The notes under the pieces are model-generated. The model ran no database searches. It saw only the letters and a list, made by a program, of their open reading frames with translations, and had not been told where the DNA came from. Positions 1 through 7,346 of a DNA stretch of 10,192 nucleotides are shown here, one piece after another (the first letter of the stretch is position 1; the number at the start of each line of letters is the position of its first letter). A program made the position numbers and the translations under genes. The stretch comes from Promethearchaeota archaeon (lineage in GTDB: Archaea; Asgardarchaeota; Odinarchaeia; Odinarchaeales; JBHLKK01): contig JBHLPL010000071.1 in assembly GCA_048939465.1 (NCBI GenBank), positions 1-10,192 of the forward strand. The letters are read 5' to 3'.

Positions 1-1
1 C

Positions 2-457
2 GAGAAATATGAGCTTGAGGGTGCGAAAACGACTTCCTTGATTCCTGGAGCCAAAAAGACTCTGGAAGAACTCAAAAGAAGAGGATATAGGTTGGGAGTT
101 TTTACTTTGAATAGAGATTCAATTGCCCGCTATGTTCTTGAAAAGACAAGAATTAGGACATTTTTCGACGTAGTTGTTACTCGAGACGATGTTTCCGAGC
201 CCAAACCTAGCGTTGAGCATTTGGCGAAAGCTATCGAACTTCTCGGGATTTCGACAGAGAAAACAATAGTTGTCGGGGATCATCCGATTGATTTTCAGGC
301 AGCCAACAGTATTGGGGTCACAACCATTGGCGTGGAGACTTCCTCCAGAACGGCAGAAGAGTTAAGGAAGGGAGGGGCCGACCACGTAATCAAAGGAGTG
401 TCAGAACTGATAGATTTCATCGATAGCCAACGCCACCGGCCAAATAACAAGCTTTAA
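2..457 (+). CDS. HAD-superfamily hydrolase (phosphoglycolate phosphatase/Gph-like), 5' end outside the window
   Basis: Frame 2 is open from base 2 (EKYELEGAKTTSLIPGAKKTL...), so the TTG at 38 is probably internal. HAD motif II (GVFTLN), motif III Lys (EPKPS) and motif IV (VVGDHPID) are visible; motif I (DxD) is not in the window. Confidence 0.85.
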   Translation, partial: EKYELEGAKTTSLIPGAKKTLEELKRRGYRLGVFTLNRDSIARYVLEKTRIRTFFDVVVTRDDVSEPKPSVEHLAKAIELLGISTEKTIVVGDHPIDFQAANSIGVTTIGVETSSRTAEELRKGGADHVIKGVSELIDFIDSQRHRPNNKL

Positions 458-460
458 ATA
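453..460 (+). promoter_or_regulatory. Putative archaeal TATA box (TTTAAATA) for the DUF211 gene
   Basis: TTTAAATA overlaps the HAD stop codon and follows an A-rich stretch (AACAAGC). An SD-like GAGGTG lies at 497-502 before ATG 514. Motif match only. Confidence 0.4.
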
Positions 461-513
461 ATCCCAGAGGACTATCGAGTATAGCCTTAAACTCTTGAGG
501 TGTCGTTACATAA

Positions 514-801
514 ATGAGTTATGGCATTAAGCGTTTTGTGCTGGACGTTCTTAAGCCGCACAACCCACCACTACATGCACTGGCGGAAAAAATAGCAAGA
601 CTCGAAGGAGTATCTGGAGTTAACATCTGTCTGATTGAGGTCGACTCTGAAACAGAGAGTGTCAAAATTACCATAGTAGGCCCTGATCTGAATTTTGACT
701 TGATCAAACAACAGCTGGAAGAGCTTGGCGGTTCTATACACAGCGTAGACCAAGTAGTTGCAGGACAGAAAATTGTCGAAGAGGCAGAGACACATCAATA
801 G
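514..801 (+). CDS. DUF211 family protein (COG1888-like, uncharacterised, mostly archaeal)
   Basis: Recognisable family motifs: IKRFVLDVLKPH.P at the N-terminus, LEGVSGVNI..EVD.ETES.KITI.G.DL, and LEELGGSIHSVDQVVAG at the C-terminus; 95 aa. Confidence 0.85.
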   Translation: MSYGIKRFVLDVLKPHNPPLHALAEKIARLEGVSGVNICLIEVDSETESVKITIVGPDLNFDLIKQQLEELGGSIHSVDQVVAGQKIVEEAETHQ

Positions 802-940
802 ATGGTCCAGAATTAAGAACAGAGTCTTTCAAGAACTGTCCGACCACAAATGCTCACCACAAGAATTCATTAAATCTATCCATGTTCCAGCAGCATAACA
901 GCGTACTGCTTTCTGTCGAGATCCTGAAATGCGTTTAGCC

Positions 941-1375
941 CTAGGTTTGAGATCCGTGCAATGCCCACTCCGGAGCTTTGGCCTCGAGAATTGTGTCGTT
1001 TCTTGAAAGATAGGGCTTTACGTCGATTATCGGAGATCCTTCAAATGCATCCAGACCTTTCACAACTAGTGTGCAATCCATTATTTTCATAATCTCTACA
1101 ACACAGAATCCGATCGGGTTTGGTCTACTCGGGCTTCGGGAGGCAAAAACTCCAACTGGCGGTGCCCCGGGATGTCTCCTGGGAACCACACTCAGAACGC
1201 TTCTTTCCTCCTTGTTATCTCTGAGATGAAACCAGTATAAGATAATTGCGTGTGAAAAATCGGCCAGACCTCGCAAGCCTGAACAGTACTCTGGGAACAT
1301 TTCTATTTCAGACAGGGGTCCAGACTTTTGAACGACACCGATGGTTCTAAAAGCAAATGATCTTCTTTTGCACAA
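941..1375 (-). CDS. trmO: TrmO/TsaA (YaeB, UPF0066) family SAM-binding protein, putative tRNA m6t6A37 methyltransferase; short single-domain form
   Basis: Family motifs: GL.GL.DFSH.IILYWFH, GVFASRSP.RPNPIG, LVVKGLDAFEGSPIIDVKPY and a terminal PEW. TTG 1375 is the first possible start after an in-frame TAG at 1384-1382. Activity is inferred from family membership only. Confidence 0.85.
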   Translation of the reverse strand: MCKRRSFAFRTIGVVQKSGPLSEIEMFPEYCSGLRGLADFSHAIILYWFHLRDNKEERSVLSVVPRRHPGAPPVGVFASRSPSRPNPIGFCVVEIMKIMDCTLVVKGLDAFEGSPIIDVKPYLSRNDTILEAKAPEWALHGSQT

Positions 1376-1412
1376 AAGAACCTATACCTGTGTTTCTTGA
1401 TTGTAAGAGAAG

Positions 1413-1559
1413 GGAAGTGAACTACTCCTAACTTCCATAATGCGCCCCCTGTCTCATCCATTCCCCAACAGGATATGTCTGACAGGCTCTGCGGGCAGTT
1501 CCTGCCCTGAAACTCTGAATTTACGAATTGGTAAGTGTTGCCTCGACTCAATTCCCCAA
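1413..1559 (-). other. Structured intergenic segment or long 5' leader upstream of trmO (three hairpins, 9-nt direct repeat)
   Basis: Inverted repeats: GGAAGT/ACTTCC (1413-18/1431-36); CCTGTC/GACAGG (1448-53/1481-86) with inner ATCC/GGAT; GGGCAG/CTGCCC (1493-98/1502-07). ATTCCCCAA occurs at 1460-68 and 1551-59. 1441-1510 is 42/70 G+C by hand count. Confidence 0.35.
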
Positions 1560-1577
1560 GCTTATCGCGAAAGCAGG

Positions 1578-1585
1578 TATTTAAA
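1578..1585 (-). promoter_or_regulatory. Putative TATA box (TTTAAATA on the minus strand) for the trmO transcript
   Basis: The minus strand reads ACGAGGAG-TTTAAATA (purine-rich BRE-like stretch, then TATA), which would put the TSS near 1555. Motif match only. Confidence 0.4.
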
Positions 1586-1649
1586 CTCCTCGTAATTCAT
1601 CTCCGCGCTTTCTGATGGAGTTTCCTTGTGGGCAATAGACAGAGAGAAT

Positions 1650-2048
1650 TCAACGATAAGGCAGTCGTTCAATCATTACACATACGCCATATACTACGTC
1701 TATGCCATTTTCTTGGCAGAATCTGATTGCTACATCAGATTCAGACCCCGGCTGTAACCAGACTTTTGTTATCCCAATTTTCTTGCATGTTTTGACGATC
1801 TCTTCAGTTATTTTGGGGGGAACGACTACATCGACAACATCGGGCTTTTCTGGCAGACTCTCCAGATTTGGATAGACCTTGTCACCCAAGAGTTCTTGTA
1901 TGTTCGGATTTATTGGGTATACTTTGTAGCCTGCACCTTTCAGGTCTTTATAGACTCGATGGCCATATTTCTCAGGATCTTTACTAACTCCTACAACTGC
2001 ATAAACATTCTTCTTATCAACAAACCTCTTAATTAGGTCTTGAATCAC
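1650..2048 (-). CDS. CoA-binding protein, YccU/COG1832 family (Rossmann-like CoA_binding_2 domain)
   Basis: Family motifs: YAVVGVSKDPEKYGHRVYKDL, YKVYPINP, VYPNL.SLPE.PDVVDVVVPP, KVWLQPG.ES and a terminal VCVM. GGAGG (2058-2054) is 5 nt from GTG 2048 but only 2 nt from the ORF-track TTG 2051, so GTG is preferred. Confidence 0.9.
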   Translation of the reverse strand: MIQDLIKRFVDKKNVYAVVGVSKDPEKYGHRVYKDLKGAGYKVYPINPNIQELLGDKVYPNLESLPEKPDVVDVVVPPKITEEIVKTCKKIGITKVWLQPGSESDVAIRFCQENGIDVVYGVCVMIERLPYR

Positions 2049-2070
2049 CAATCCCTCCTCTAGGGGCAGT

Positions 2071-2628
2071 TTATGACGATTCCGAGGTTTTCTTTTCCCA
2101 CATCTTCTCTAGGGTCCATCTTATGGTCCTTCGTATTTCATTGCGTCTCGCCTGACTTCTTGCGTTTATTATGTCTATCTCTTTGAGGATTCCGTTTTCA
2201 ATTTTAACGCTGAATTCGAAGGCTTCTTCCTGGGGTAATTCTCCCGCTTCTACTTCAGTTTGATCTTCTTCTTTCATGTTGCTCATTATTCTCTTTATGA
2301 AGAATGAATCGAAAGGAGGTATCTCAGGATTGAATTGATGCTCAGATGCGGGAATTATCCGAACTCTGTTATCATCAATGTGCATTGTAGCTAACTCAAT
2401 ATTCCCTGACTTTACGGGGATAGTTTTTCTGGTATTCCCAGCTTTAGGTTCTTCCGCTCTACTGGCGAGCGCATCCGCAGTCTTGAAACTGCTCTTTGCC
2501 AAGAAAGAATCAACAGCTTTCAGAAAACGTCTAAGCTTATTCACCTCTTCTCGCTTTCTGCTGACCTCTTTTTCTATGAAACTCTTTAATTCTGCAAGAA
2601 TCTCGACTTCTTCTTCCGACAATGCCAT
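2071..2628 (-). CDS. Hypothetical archaeal protein: N-terminal coiled coil, linker, globular C-terminal domain
   Basis: 185-aa ORF with SD GGAGG at 2633-2629; TTG 2622 (MSEEEV...) has better SD spacing than ATG 2628. Charged helical N-terminus (LAELKSFIEKEVSRKREEVNKLRRFLKAVDSFL), then SSFKTA, PPFDSFFIKRI and IRWTLEKMWEK. It lies ~20 bp upstream of the CoA-binding gene, suggesting co-transcription. Confidence 0.75.
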   Translation of the reverse strand: MALSEEEVEILAELKSFIEKEVSRKREEVNKLRRFLKAVDSFLAKSSFKTADALASRAEEPKAGNTRKTIPVKSGNIELATMHIDDNRVRIIPASEHQFNPEIPPFDSFFIKRIMSNMKEEDQTEVEAGELPQEEAFEFSVKIENGILKEIDIINARSQARRNEIRRTIRWTLEKMWEKKTSESS

Positions 2629-2713
2629 CCTCCCTCTTAAATCGATAGTGAGAAGTAGTAAATTAATCTTTAGTCAAGAAAGACGCATCAGAAGCATGAC
2701 ATTGACAAATCAG

Positions 2714-2721
2714 TATTTAAG
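2714..2721 (+). promoter_or_regulatory. Possible TATA box (TATTTAAG) for the Zn-ribbon/wH gene pair
   Basis: TTTAA element after an A-rich stretch, within the 168-bp divergent intergenic region. Motif match only. Confidence 0.25.
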
Positions 2722-2796
2722 AACACCACACTTGGCCTGGATTCCGCCAATACGATGGCTTTTTAGGTGGAAACAACAATCTTAGATTGATGGAAA

Positions 2797-3246
2797 ATGG
2801 CCAAGAGATACGTTATATTCGTTTGTGACAATTGTGGACTTCCGCTCTTTGCCAAGGAATTCCAGAAAACAAGGAAGTGCCCCAGGTGTTATCACAACAT
2901 AAGAATAGAGCGTGCCCGTAAGATAGGACATGCCGATGATGAACTCAAGGCGAGCAGAATCGTTCGATTCATTAAGCTTCCCAAGGACCTAAAGGCTGAA
3001 TTCAAACCTATCAACCCTAGCACACTTCAAGGGGGATCTAAGCGGGATCAGTTTATGAAGATTATGCTTTCACTAACCAAAAATGTCGAGGGAAAGGCCA
3101 TTTCCGAAAATGAATTATTCAAAATATCCAAGAACCATGGACTGGATGAGAAATGGGTAAGAAACCAGCTAGCTCGAATGGAAAGAAACGGGTCTATCAT
3201 GAGGCCTAAAGACGGATTCATAGTCTATCTCTCCCAATCAGTATGA
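2797..3246 (+). CDS. DUF1922-like Zn-ribbon protein with a C-terminal winged-helix-like domain
   Basis: The N-terminus YVIFVCDNCG..FAKEFQKTRKCPRC...GHADD..ASRIVR resembles the DUF1922 pattern (two CxxC pairs, then ADD). The C-terminus is helix-helix-helix ending GSIMRPKDGFIVYL, a typical wing hairpin. Confidence 0.7.
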   Translation: MAKRYVIFVCDNCGLPLFAKEFQKTRKCPRCYHNIRIERARKIGHADDELKASRIVRFIKLPKDLKAEFKPINPSTLQGGSKRDQFMKIMLSLTKNVEGKAISENELFKISKNHGLDEKWVRNQLARMERNGSIMRPKDGFIVYLSQSV

Positions 3247-3262
3247 TGAAGAGGGGAGGTCC

Positions 3263-3982
3263 TTGAAAAAGAAGTTTTCAGTGTTTATTTGTCCTAATTG
3301 CGAGCAATTCACATACATACCAGCAGAAAACAGAATCAGGATATGTAACCACTGTGGCAGAATGATTGTGGCTAATCCTCAGAACTCAAAATCGGTTCGT
3401 GGGCTAAGAAGGACCTATGCCGAAATTAGAGAGTATAGCAAGAAGGGGGGGAAGAGGAGGTTCTTCTTGGAGGTTGGAGCTAGTCCCGAGTCAAATAATG
3501 TCTCAATCGAAGATCTTAAGGATTTTGAAGTCGATGTCAAAAGTCCCAAAGACGGACGTTTGGTTCATATACTGAAAAACTACTGTCTTAAATCAACATC
3601 CCTTGATTATTTCCATAAAATGTGTGTTAAGGCTCAACTAGATTGGGACTGGATAGGGAAGAGAATCATTCTCCTGGCGAACCAGGGTGGAATAATATTC
3701 CCTAATCCATGGACAATAAAATACATTATGACGGATTTACAACCGGGCAAAGAAGAGAAGCCAAGAGTTCTCAAAAGAAGGAAGATTGTTGGTACGAGAT
3801 TATGGCAACTCTTTGGAAGGTCATCAGAACCCGTATCTGAAGGCTACGTCTACTCACAAATGAAGGACCGTGGTTATGAGCAAGAAGAGGTAGAGCCGGT
3901 CCTCAATGATTTGATTAATGAGGGTTACATCATAAGACCTCGACCAGGCTTTCTAAGATTCATCGAAGACTGGAGAGACTAG
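3263..3982 (+). CDS. Paralogue of the upstream gene: DUF1922-like Zn ribbon plus two winged-helix-like repeats
   Basis: TTG start after GAGGGGAGGT. FSVFICPNCEQF..CNHCG supplies two CxxC pairs. Two repeats end in GGIIFPNPWTIKYI and GYIIRPRPGFLRFI. Confidence 0.65.
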   Translation: MKKKFSVFICPNCEQFTYIPAENRIRICNHCGRMIVANPQNSKSVRGLRRTYAEIREYSKKGGKRRFFLEVGASPESNNVSIEDLKDFEVDVKSPKDGRLVHILKNYCLKSTSLDYFHKMCVKAQLDWDWIGKRIILLANQGGIIFPNPWTIKYIMTDLQPGKEEKPRVLKRRKIVGTRLWQLFGRSSEPVSEGYVYSQMKDRGYEQEEVEPVLNDLINEGYIIRPRPGFLRFIEDWRD

Positions 3983-3987
3983 GACCC

Positions 3988-5313
3988 CTATATCTCCGTT
4001 AGGACTTTTCCAGAATGTACGGCAACATACCCACCTGAAAGCTGGAAATTCTCGACTTCACTGTCCACTTCTTGAACTGATTTCATAAGATTAATGCAAT
4101 TATCCGCAATCGTTGCCCCGTATACTGGTTTCTCCAGTTCACCTCGCTTGATTCTGTACGCCTGTATAACGGCTACTCCGAAGCTGCCAGTCACACTATT
4201 CGACGTGTGGGCTCCACTAACATCTCGTACATACCATCCCGAATCCAACTGTGTTGTCAAGGAACCCTTGGCAGTGGAAGGTATGAAGAAACTGTTCAAG
4301 GCAATAATGGGAACAGCATTGTAACTTCGCTGCGCATTGCCAGTACTTCCATTTCCTGTTCGGTTGCCCCACTCAATATCATAAATGAAGGATTTGAGTA
4401 TGCCTTTCTCAATTATCTTATTCTTTCTGATGGGAGTTCCCTCTCCATCATAGGGGTGCGAGTTAAACAAAGGCTCGAAGCTCCCCCAGTCATAAATTTG
4501 GAGCTTCTCGGAAGCTATTCTCTCGTTCAATAGATCGGCCAGAAAGCTTCGACCCCGATATACGTTTTCCCCATTTATGGCTGGTTCCAGCGTGTAGGAT
4601 AGCACTTGAGCAAAAGAGTCTGGATGAAATAATACAGGACCATTGATTATACTAACTCTTTTGGGTTTTAATGACTTGGTCAAAACATCAACAAACTCTT
4701 CGCTCAGCTTTTCTGTTGATTTTCCAATTCCCTTGGCCAGACATTCTGTGACTCCGCATTCAAGCGAGGGGGGATTCGTTGCTTTTCCCCCTATTCCTTT
4801 TTTGAGCAGCGACTTCTCATATTGGATATCTAATCCCAGAGTGTTTAGAATTCTTACTCTGCCTACGCCTCTGACAAGTCCTCCGCTAATTACTGCGTCT
4901 ATTCCCATTTTCTTGATGATATCCTGAGTATTATCTAACATGTTTCTTGCGTTTTCAACAAAGTAATCGTAAGGCAAGCTAGAGACTTCTGGATCAAGGA
5001 AATCCTTTGTTCGGTCCTTACTAGCTTCTGCGAAGCTTATGAAAGGATTTTCACGATTGATTTTTGCCAGGGCAATTGCCCTGTCCAGGCTCTTTTCCAG
5101 GCTTCTTTCCGTCATTGTATTTGTTGAGGAGAAACCCAGCTTATTTCCACGGATTATTCTGATCCCGACGCCTTTGGAAACTCCTGTTCCAAATTCATTT
5201 AAAACATTGTTCTCAAAGCTACAGTCAGTGATCTCTCGATAGGCGAAGAAGATCTCAGCCTCAACACCTTTCTTTTCAGCTTTCTTCATTGTCTTCTCCA
5301 ACATGTCCTTCAT
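3988..5313 (-). CDS. pmbA: PmbA/TldE family protein (non-catalytic partner of TldD)
   Basis: GVGIRIIRGNKLGFSST; FDGEG-like YDGEGTP; IIEKGILKSFIYD; STGNAQRS; V.GAHTSNSVTGSFGV. No HExxxH motif. Its ATG directly abuts the tldD stop (5314-5316). Confidence 0.9.
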   Translation of the reverse strand: MKDMLEKTMKKAEKKGVEAEIFFAYREITDCSFENNVLNEFGTGVSKGVGIRIIRGNKLGFSSTNTMTERSLEKSLDRAIALAKINRENPFISFAEASKDRTKDFLDPEVSSLPYDYFVENARNMLDNTQDIIKKMGIDAVISGGLVRGVGRVRILNTLGLDIQYEKSLLKKGIGGKATNPPSLECGVTECLAKGIGKSTEKLSEEFVDVLTKSLKPKRVSIINGPVLFHPDSFAQVLSYTLEPAINGENVYRGRSFLADLLNERIASEKLQIYDWGSFEPLFNSHPYDGEGTPIRKNKIIEKGILKSFIYDIEWGNRTGNGSTGNAQRSYNAVPIIALNSFFIPSTAKGSLTTQLDSGWYVRDVSGAHTSNSVTGSFGVAVIQAYRIKRGELEKPVYGATIADNCINLMKSVQEVDSEVENFQLSGGYVAVHSGKVLTEI

Positions 5314-6717
5314 CTACTCTCCTCCGATACTGAGCTTTGGAACTCTTATGGGGGGTCCACCGCTCCCAACACTTATCTGTTGCCCCTTTCCGCAAATGCC
5401 GATATCTGTCCCGAAATCCTTGCCGATCGCATCAAGCGTTTTCAGGGTTTCCAGAGTTGAACCGGAAATAGCAATATCCCGAATTGGAGTAGTTAATTGT
5501 CCTTTTTCAATTAACCACCCTACTTGCCCAGCAAACTGAAACATCCCAATCAAAGAAGCTTGACCACCCATGAACTTCTCGACATATATACCTCGGCGCA
5601 TATCTTCAATCAGTTCCTCAAAATCGAGATCGCCTCTTTCAAGATATGTATTTCGCATTCTAATCATGGGAGGTGCATGATAACTTGATGTTCGCGCATT
5701 ACCTGTAAGGTCTAGACCCAGCTTGGCAGCATATTCTCGGTTAACCATGAAAGTCCGTAGTACACCATCCTCAACCAGTATGGTTTTTTCACGCTTAACG
5801 CCTTCATCATCATAAGGAACCCAAGCACCATTTTGTCGAATACCGTCATCAATGATCGTTACCCCATTGTTGGCTATCTTAGTCTCGATCATGTCTTTGC
5901 TTAAGATTCCTCCGGCCATGACAAGATCCGCTTCACAAAGGTGGCCAAAGGCTTCATGAATCAACGTTCCGGTCATAGATTGGTCTAAGACGACCGAATA
6001 ATCCCCTTTTGGGGGTCTTCTACCTTTCAATGCAACCATTCCTCGGTTCAGAACCGAATCTGCCAGTTCGAAAGGTTTCCAACTGTTGCGCTCTCCGTAG
6101 AATTCTAATCCGTATGTTCCCCCAATTGCATCTGCAGTCTTTGCCAGTCTTCCGTCTTTTTGCAGCACAGCTGAAAAGGTCATTACAGTGAAGGGGGATT
6201 CCATTGCAATTTCTGATCCTTCGCTATTAACGAAGAACTCCTCCCCATACGATGCGGCAACGGAAATGGTGTAAGATTTTAGTGTTTTGAGGGTTTTGCT
6301 CTCGGACTGAAGTCTTTTGTGAAGTGATAGCGGTATACCGCAAATCTCGTCAACTGGGGTATTCTGAATGTTTCTTTTGCTCTTTACCTGCACTAGGTCC
6401 TGAATCGTTCTAGTTTCAGCTACTTCGAGAGTCTCGCTTCCTCTACTTCTACATGCTGCCTTAACCATATCCCTAACTTGATTCTGCATTTTTCCTCTGG
6501 AGGGATTGTCAAGAGATGAAAAATGCCACATATCATTCATCAAAAAGCGTACGCTCAGACCTCTATTCTCACTGAAATCGACTCTTTTTACTCCTTCTTC
6601 TGAGATTACTACTGTGAGAGATTCTGTAGATTCTGCTCTGGATTCTACCAGTTTAGTTCCTTGTTTTAAGGCCAGTTCCACGGACAGTCTAGCAAGATCC
6701 TTTAGATCTGTGGCCAT
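5314..6717 (-). CDS. tldD: TldD family metalloprotease
   Basis: Metal-binding HEAFGHLCEAD (5958-5941 for HEAFGH); YDDEGV; LVEDGVL; TGNAR..SY..PP.IRMRNTY; terminal CGKGQ..SVGSGGP with the conserved Cys. SD GGTGAGG precedes ATG 6717. Confidence 0.93.
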   Translation of the reverse strand: MATDLKDLARLSVELALKQGTKLVESRAESTESLTVVISEEGVKRVDFSENRGLSVRFLMNDMWHFSSLDNPSRGKMQNQVRDMVKAACRSRGSETLEVAETRTIQDLVQVKSKRNIQNTPVDEICGIPLSLHKRLQSESKTLKTLKSYTISVAASYGEEFFVNSEGSEIAMESPFTVMTFSAVLQKDGRLAKTADAIGGTYGLEFYGERNSWKPFELADSVLNRGMVALKGRRPPKGDYSVVLDQSMTGTLIHEAFGHLCEADLVMAGGILSKDMIETKIANNGVTIIDDGIRQNGAWVPYDDEGVKREKTILVEDGVLRTFMVNREYAAKLGLDLTGNARTSSYHAPPMIRMRNTYLERGDLDFEELIEDMRRGIYVEKFMGGQASLIGMFQFAGQVGWLIEKGQLTTPIRDIAISGSTLETLKTLDAIGKDFGTDIGICGKGQQISVGSGGPPIRVPKLSIGGE

Positions 6718-6748
6718 AACCTCACCCTAAAGCATTGTTGTGAGCAAA

Positions 6749-7273
6749 TTATCCATACTTCTCCCAATATATGACAGAGCTTAGAGATTTTCTTCGAGTG
6801 GCAGATGGTTCTTCAGCTGGATAGCCTACGGGTATGAGGGCAACAGGACGAACTTTAGGGGGGGTTCTTACAACTCCGCGTGCAGAATCCTCATCAAAAG
6901 CCCCGACCCAGCAGCTTCCAAGACCTAGTGCATAGGCAGCTAATAAGATGTTTTGAATCGCCGCAGCTGTGTCCTGAATACAATACAGACTTCTCCCTCT
7001 TGAACCGTACCCCCAAGCTGAGGCTCTCTCGTCTGCGCAGACAACTATTACTAATGGAGCCTCTGCGATGAACATCTGACCATAAGCGGCCATGGCGAGA
7101 TTTCTCCGTCCATTTGCATCCTTTACAACAATGAATATCCAAGGTTGAATGTTTCCAGCGGAGGGCGCATGGATTGCAGCATCCAAAATTGCCTTCAAGT
7201 CTTGGGCGGAGACTTCCTTGTCAGAATACCTTCTTACACTCCTCCGTCCCTTGATGACTTCAAAGACATCCAT
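6749..7273 (-). CDS. Nitroreductase family FMN-dependent oxidoreductase (single domain)
   Basis: RRSVRRY (FMN phosphate binding), APSAGNIQPW, QD.AAA.QNILLAA.ALGLGSCWVG and IPVGYP. SD GGAGGAG at 7285-7279. It ends 31 bp upstream of tldD. Confidence 0.92.
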   Translation of the reverse strand: MDVFEVIKGRRSVRRYSDKEVSAQDLKAILDAAIHAPSAGNIQPWIFIVVKDANGRRNLAMAAYGQMFIAEAPLVIVVCADERASAWGYGSRGRSLYCIQDTAAAIQNILLAAYALGLGSCWVGAFDEDSARGVVRTPPKVRPVALIPVGYPAEEPSATRRKSLSSVIYWEKYG

Positions 7274-7313
7274 CAGAACTCCTCCTTATCGATCGTTAGC
7301 TTTAAGGTGAAGA

Positions 7314-7324
7314 TATTATTAAAA
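7314..7324 (-). promoter_or_regulatory. Putative TATA box (TTTTAATAATA) for the nitroreductase-tldD-pmbA operon
   Basis: AT-rich element ~40-50 nt upstream of ATG 7273 on the minus strand, consistent with a short SD-containing leader. Motif match only. Confidence 0.35.
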
Positions 7325-7346
7325 GGTGAAGGTTACGTGCACAAGG

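Noticed and set aside
519-798. Minus-strand ORFs 519..707 and 571..798
   Set aside because: Antisense shadows of the well-supported DUF211 gene, with no recognisable motifs.
802-940. 139-bp gap between convergent DUF211 and trmO, examined for a small gene, a lost TrmO C-terminal domain or an ncRNA
   Set aside because: Only very short start-to-stop frames; a TAA follows the trmO stop in frame; no convincing stem or terminator.
1303-1551. 82-aa minus-strand ORF (MSRGNTYQ...)
   Set aside because: Overlaps trmO by 73 nt in another frame and has no recognisable motif. It cannot be fully excluded as a leaderless ORF, because it starts near the predicted TSS.
1440-1560. SAM-I riboswitch, C/D box, H/ACA or k-turn interpretation of the structured region (GGCAAC and GGATGAG are present)
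   Set aside because: The SAM-I 5' P1/AGA elements are missing, there is no proper C box/D box pair, and the possible k-turn lacks a stable non-canonical helix.
1568-1600. Mini-ORF MNYEEFKYLLSR on the minus strand
   Set aside because: 12 aa, the SD-like GGAG directly abuts the ATG, and it overlaps the putative TATA box; no other support.
2378-2785. 135-aa plus-strand ORF
   Set aside because: Mostly antisense to the 185-aa gene; Ser/Leu/Phe-rich composition typical of a shadow frame.
6617-6650. GATTCT repeated three times with a small inverted repeat
   Set aside because: Explained by the TldD coding sequence (VESRAESTES).
4094-6730. Plus-strand ORFs 4094..4324, 4207..4533, 4643..4927, 5039..5242, 5303..5539, 6009..6191 and 6506..6730
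   Set aside because: All lie antisense to pmbA or tldD and have no motifs.
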